Part shown: positions 62,396 to 64,000 of the stretch, in pieces
Numbering within the stretch: position 1 is the stretch's first letter
Layout: each line of letters begins with the position of its first letter
From: Callorhinchus milii
Lineage: Eukaryota
Assembly (NCBI RefSeq): GCF_018977255.1
Contig: NW_024704742.1
Span: 38,998,001-39,062,000 of the forward strand
Length of the DNA: 64,000 nt
Direction of reading: 5' to 3'
Notes under the pieces: model-generated
The model's input: only the letters and a program-made list of their open reading frames with translations
What the model was told of the DNA's origin: nothing
The model's database searches: none
Position numbers and translations under genes: made by a program

Positions 62396-63109
62396 GTAAG
62401 TGCCTGAATATTAGATACACTGATCATAGTCTATTACAGTGGAGCAGTTTCCTCCTTAATTCACTGAGGCTTAGGATGGGCGCGAGAGGTGGGAAGTGGT
62501 ACTGTCTATGATTGTCTCTAAGACATTCTATTCAAGTGAGCCTCAGCTGCTCAGAAGGCTGCAGTGTTGCCTGAGAGCTCTGACTCTGAGGACTCATACA
62601 GCTGTCTTTGCCATCAGCTGTATGAAGTGGATGTGAATTCGAGATGCACAGAGAAAGCTCTAGCAATGGTGCATACTGGAATAGTACATGTGAAATACTA
62701 CTGGAGTTGTATTGTTTTTCCAGACATATACATTTTTGCAATTCTCAAGCAGGCCTAAGTACATTACTCTGTGAGAGACTAAGAGATGAGAGATTCTGTC
62801 ATAGTTAGATGTTTGTATTTCAACGATTTATGCTTGGAATGAGATTTGGCCATTATAAACTCACATTCCTCATAGTTGTTGCATGGAAGTAACAGGCAGA
62901 ATATCGCTCCAAACATCTGTCTCAAGTAGTTATTATTTCATTAGGTCCTTTTTACATAAGTTCAAAAATGTGCCTACATTGCTACACATCCCAATTTTCA
63001 GCTGTAATGATGCACATTACAATGGGATTGAGTGTATTTCAATTTTATTTGAACTGAAGACAATCAGATATGGTGATGACTCTTACATGATGGGTATTTA
63101 TGTGTGCAG

Positions 63110-63160
63110 ATTGTAGGACCTCCAGGAGTCCCCGGAATGCAAGGCCCATCAGGTCCGATG
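63110..63160 (+). CDS. COL25A1: COL3 exon IVGPPGVPGMQGPSGPM (GPS-IV-GPP interruption)
   Basis: gtgcag|ATT...ATG|gtaagt, 51 nt. Confidence 0.94.
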
Positions 63161-63289
63161 GTAAGTCAAAACCTTTGGGTTTTGTGAGATAGGAGGTACT
63201 GTTTTTTAGTAAAGGGCACCAGAAAGTTCTTAAAGCCCTTGTGTTATCCTGCACATCATTCACAAATATTAAGTTTGAGAGTTCAAGCT

Positions 63290-63500
63290 GTAAGTCAGGA
63301 CCTTGAGCTCACAATCTAGGTTGACACTCCAATACAATGTTGGAGGAGCACTGCACTGTCAGAGGTACCATCCTTTAGATTGGATCTTAAACCAAGCTCA
63401 TATCTGCCTTCTTCAGATGGAAGATTTTTGCAAAGAAAAGGTAGTTCCTCCGATGTCCTGGCTTATTTTGTCAGTGCTTTGGGTGATATATCATCTGCAG
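63290..63500 (+). mobile_element. Decayed DeuSINE fragment
   Basis: gacactccaatacaatgttggaggagcactgcactgtcagaggtacc...gatgtcctggc. Confidence 0.55.
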
Positions 63501-63519
63501 ACATTGCGTCAACTTCCAC

Positions 63520-64000
63520 ATGTATGTGGATGACACTCAACTCTTTACCTCCACCCTTGACTCTAGGACCACTGATGGCCTGACAGACTGCATGTCAAAC
63601 GTCAAGTCCTGGATGAGAGCCAACTACAGTTGAACGTCAGCAAGACTGAGGCTCTCCTGATTGGCTCACGCTAGCGCCTCCTCACCTCAGGCACTGGCAG
63701 CATCAGCATCCACTGATGCACACTCTACCTCATCAAGCCAGTCAGGAACCTGGGCATCTTGTTCGACCTTCAACTGTCCTTTATTCCCCCACGTCCGTGC
63801 CATGACCCGCTCTGCCTTCCCCCATCTCCTCAACATTGCCAGACTCCGCCACTGCCTCACCCCTCAGGTCGCCGAAACCCTCATACGTGCCTTCATTACA
63901 TCCCGGCTCGATTATGCTAATGCCCCACTTATCGGCCTTCCCAACACTTCCCGCCATAAGCTGCAGATCATCCAGAACTCTGCAGCTCATTTCCTCTCCC
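63520..64000 (+). mobile_element. L2 RT fragment running off the window end
   Basis: Same family as 46370-46730 in opposite orientation (DDTQL, VSKTEALLIG, RNLGILFD, AFITSRLDYANA remnants). Confidence 0.85.

Larger units (their letters stand above)
6404..63160 (+). other. COL25A1: COL25A1 internal gene segment (23 coding exons, 1194 nt, NC2-COL2-NC3-part of COL3); incomplete at both ends
   Basis: Spliced exons give continuous Gly-X-Y with diagnostic non-collagenous motifs NHGFLSADQQLIKRRLIK, GDPGSSAAGIK, EIIDYNGNIHQALQ and RITTLTVT, in the order recalled for human collagen XXV; all introns GT-AG, phase 0. Confidence 0.96.

Overview
Vertebrate genomic DNA. The repeat content (DeuSINE-type, L2, CR1, LF-SINE-like and Penelope-like relics) suggests a cartilaginous fish, possibly a chimaera; this is inference. 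The whole window lies inside one + strand gene, the transmembrane collagen XXV alpha-1 gene (COL25A1, CLAC-P). I read 23 short GT-AG exons of 24-117 nt between 6404 and 63160. All are phase 0 and together encode 398 codons, covering NC2, COL2, NC3 and the first part of COL3. The 5' exons (TM, furin site, COL1) and the last exons lie outside the window. Comparisons to human COL25A1/COL13A1 and to repeat consensus sequences are from memory, not from a search. Introns are dense with retroelements: a young tRNA-Ala-headed SINE, DeuSINE copies, L2 and CR1 fragments, LF-SINE-like copies, decayed Penelope hammerhead termini, a pogo-type MITE and several unnamed repeats. Most ORFs in the supplied track are spurious or are LINE remnants. 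I found no convincing wholly new biological system. The best leads are a regulated two-cassette NC2 splicing module, SINE tail-loop variants with their partner LINE tails in the window, an unnamed ~450 bp repeat family, and several palindromic elements.
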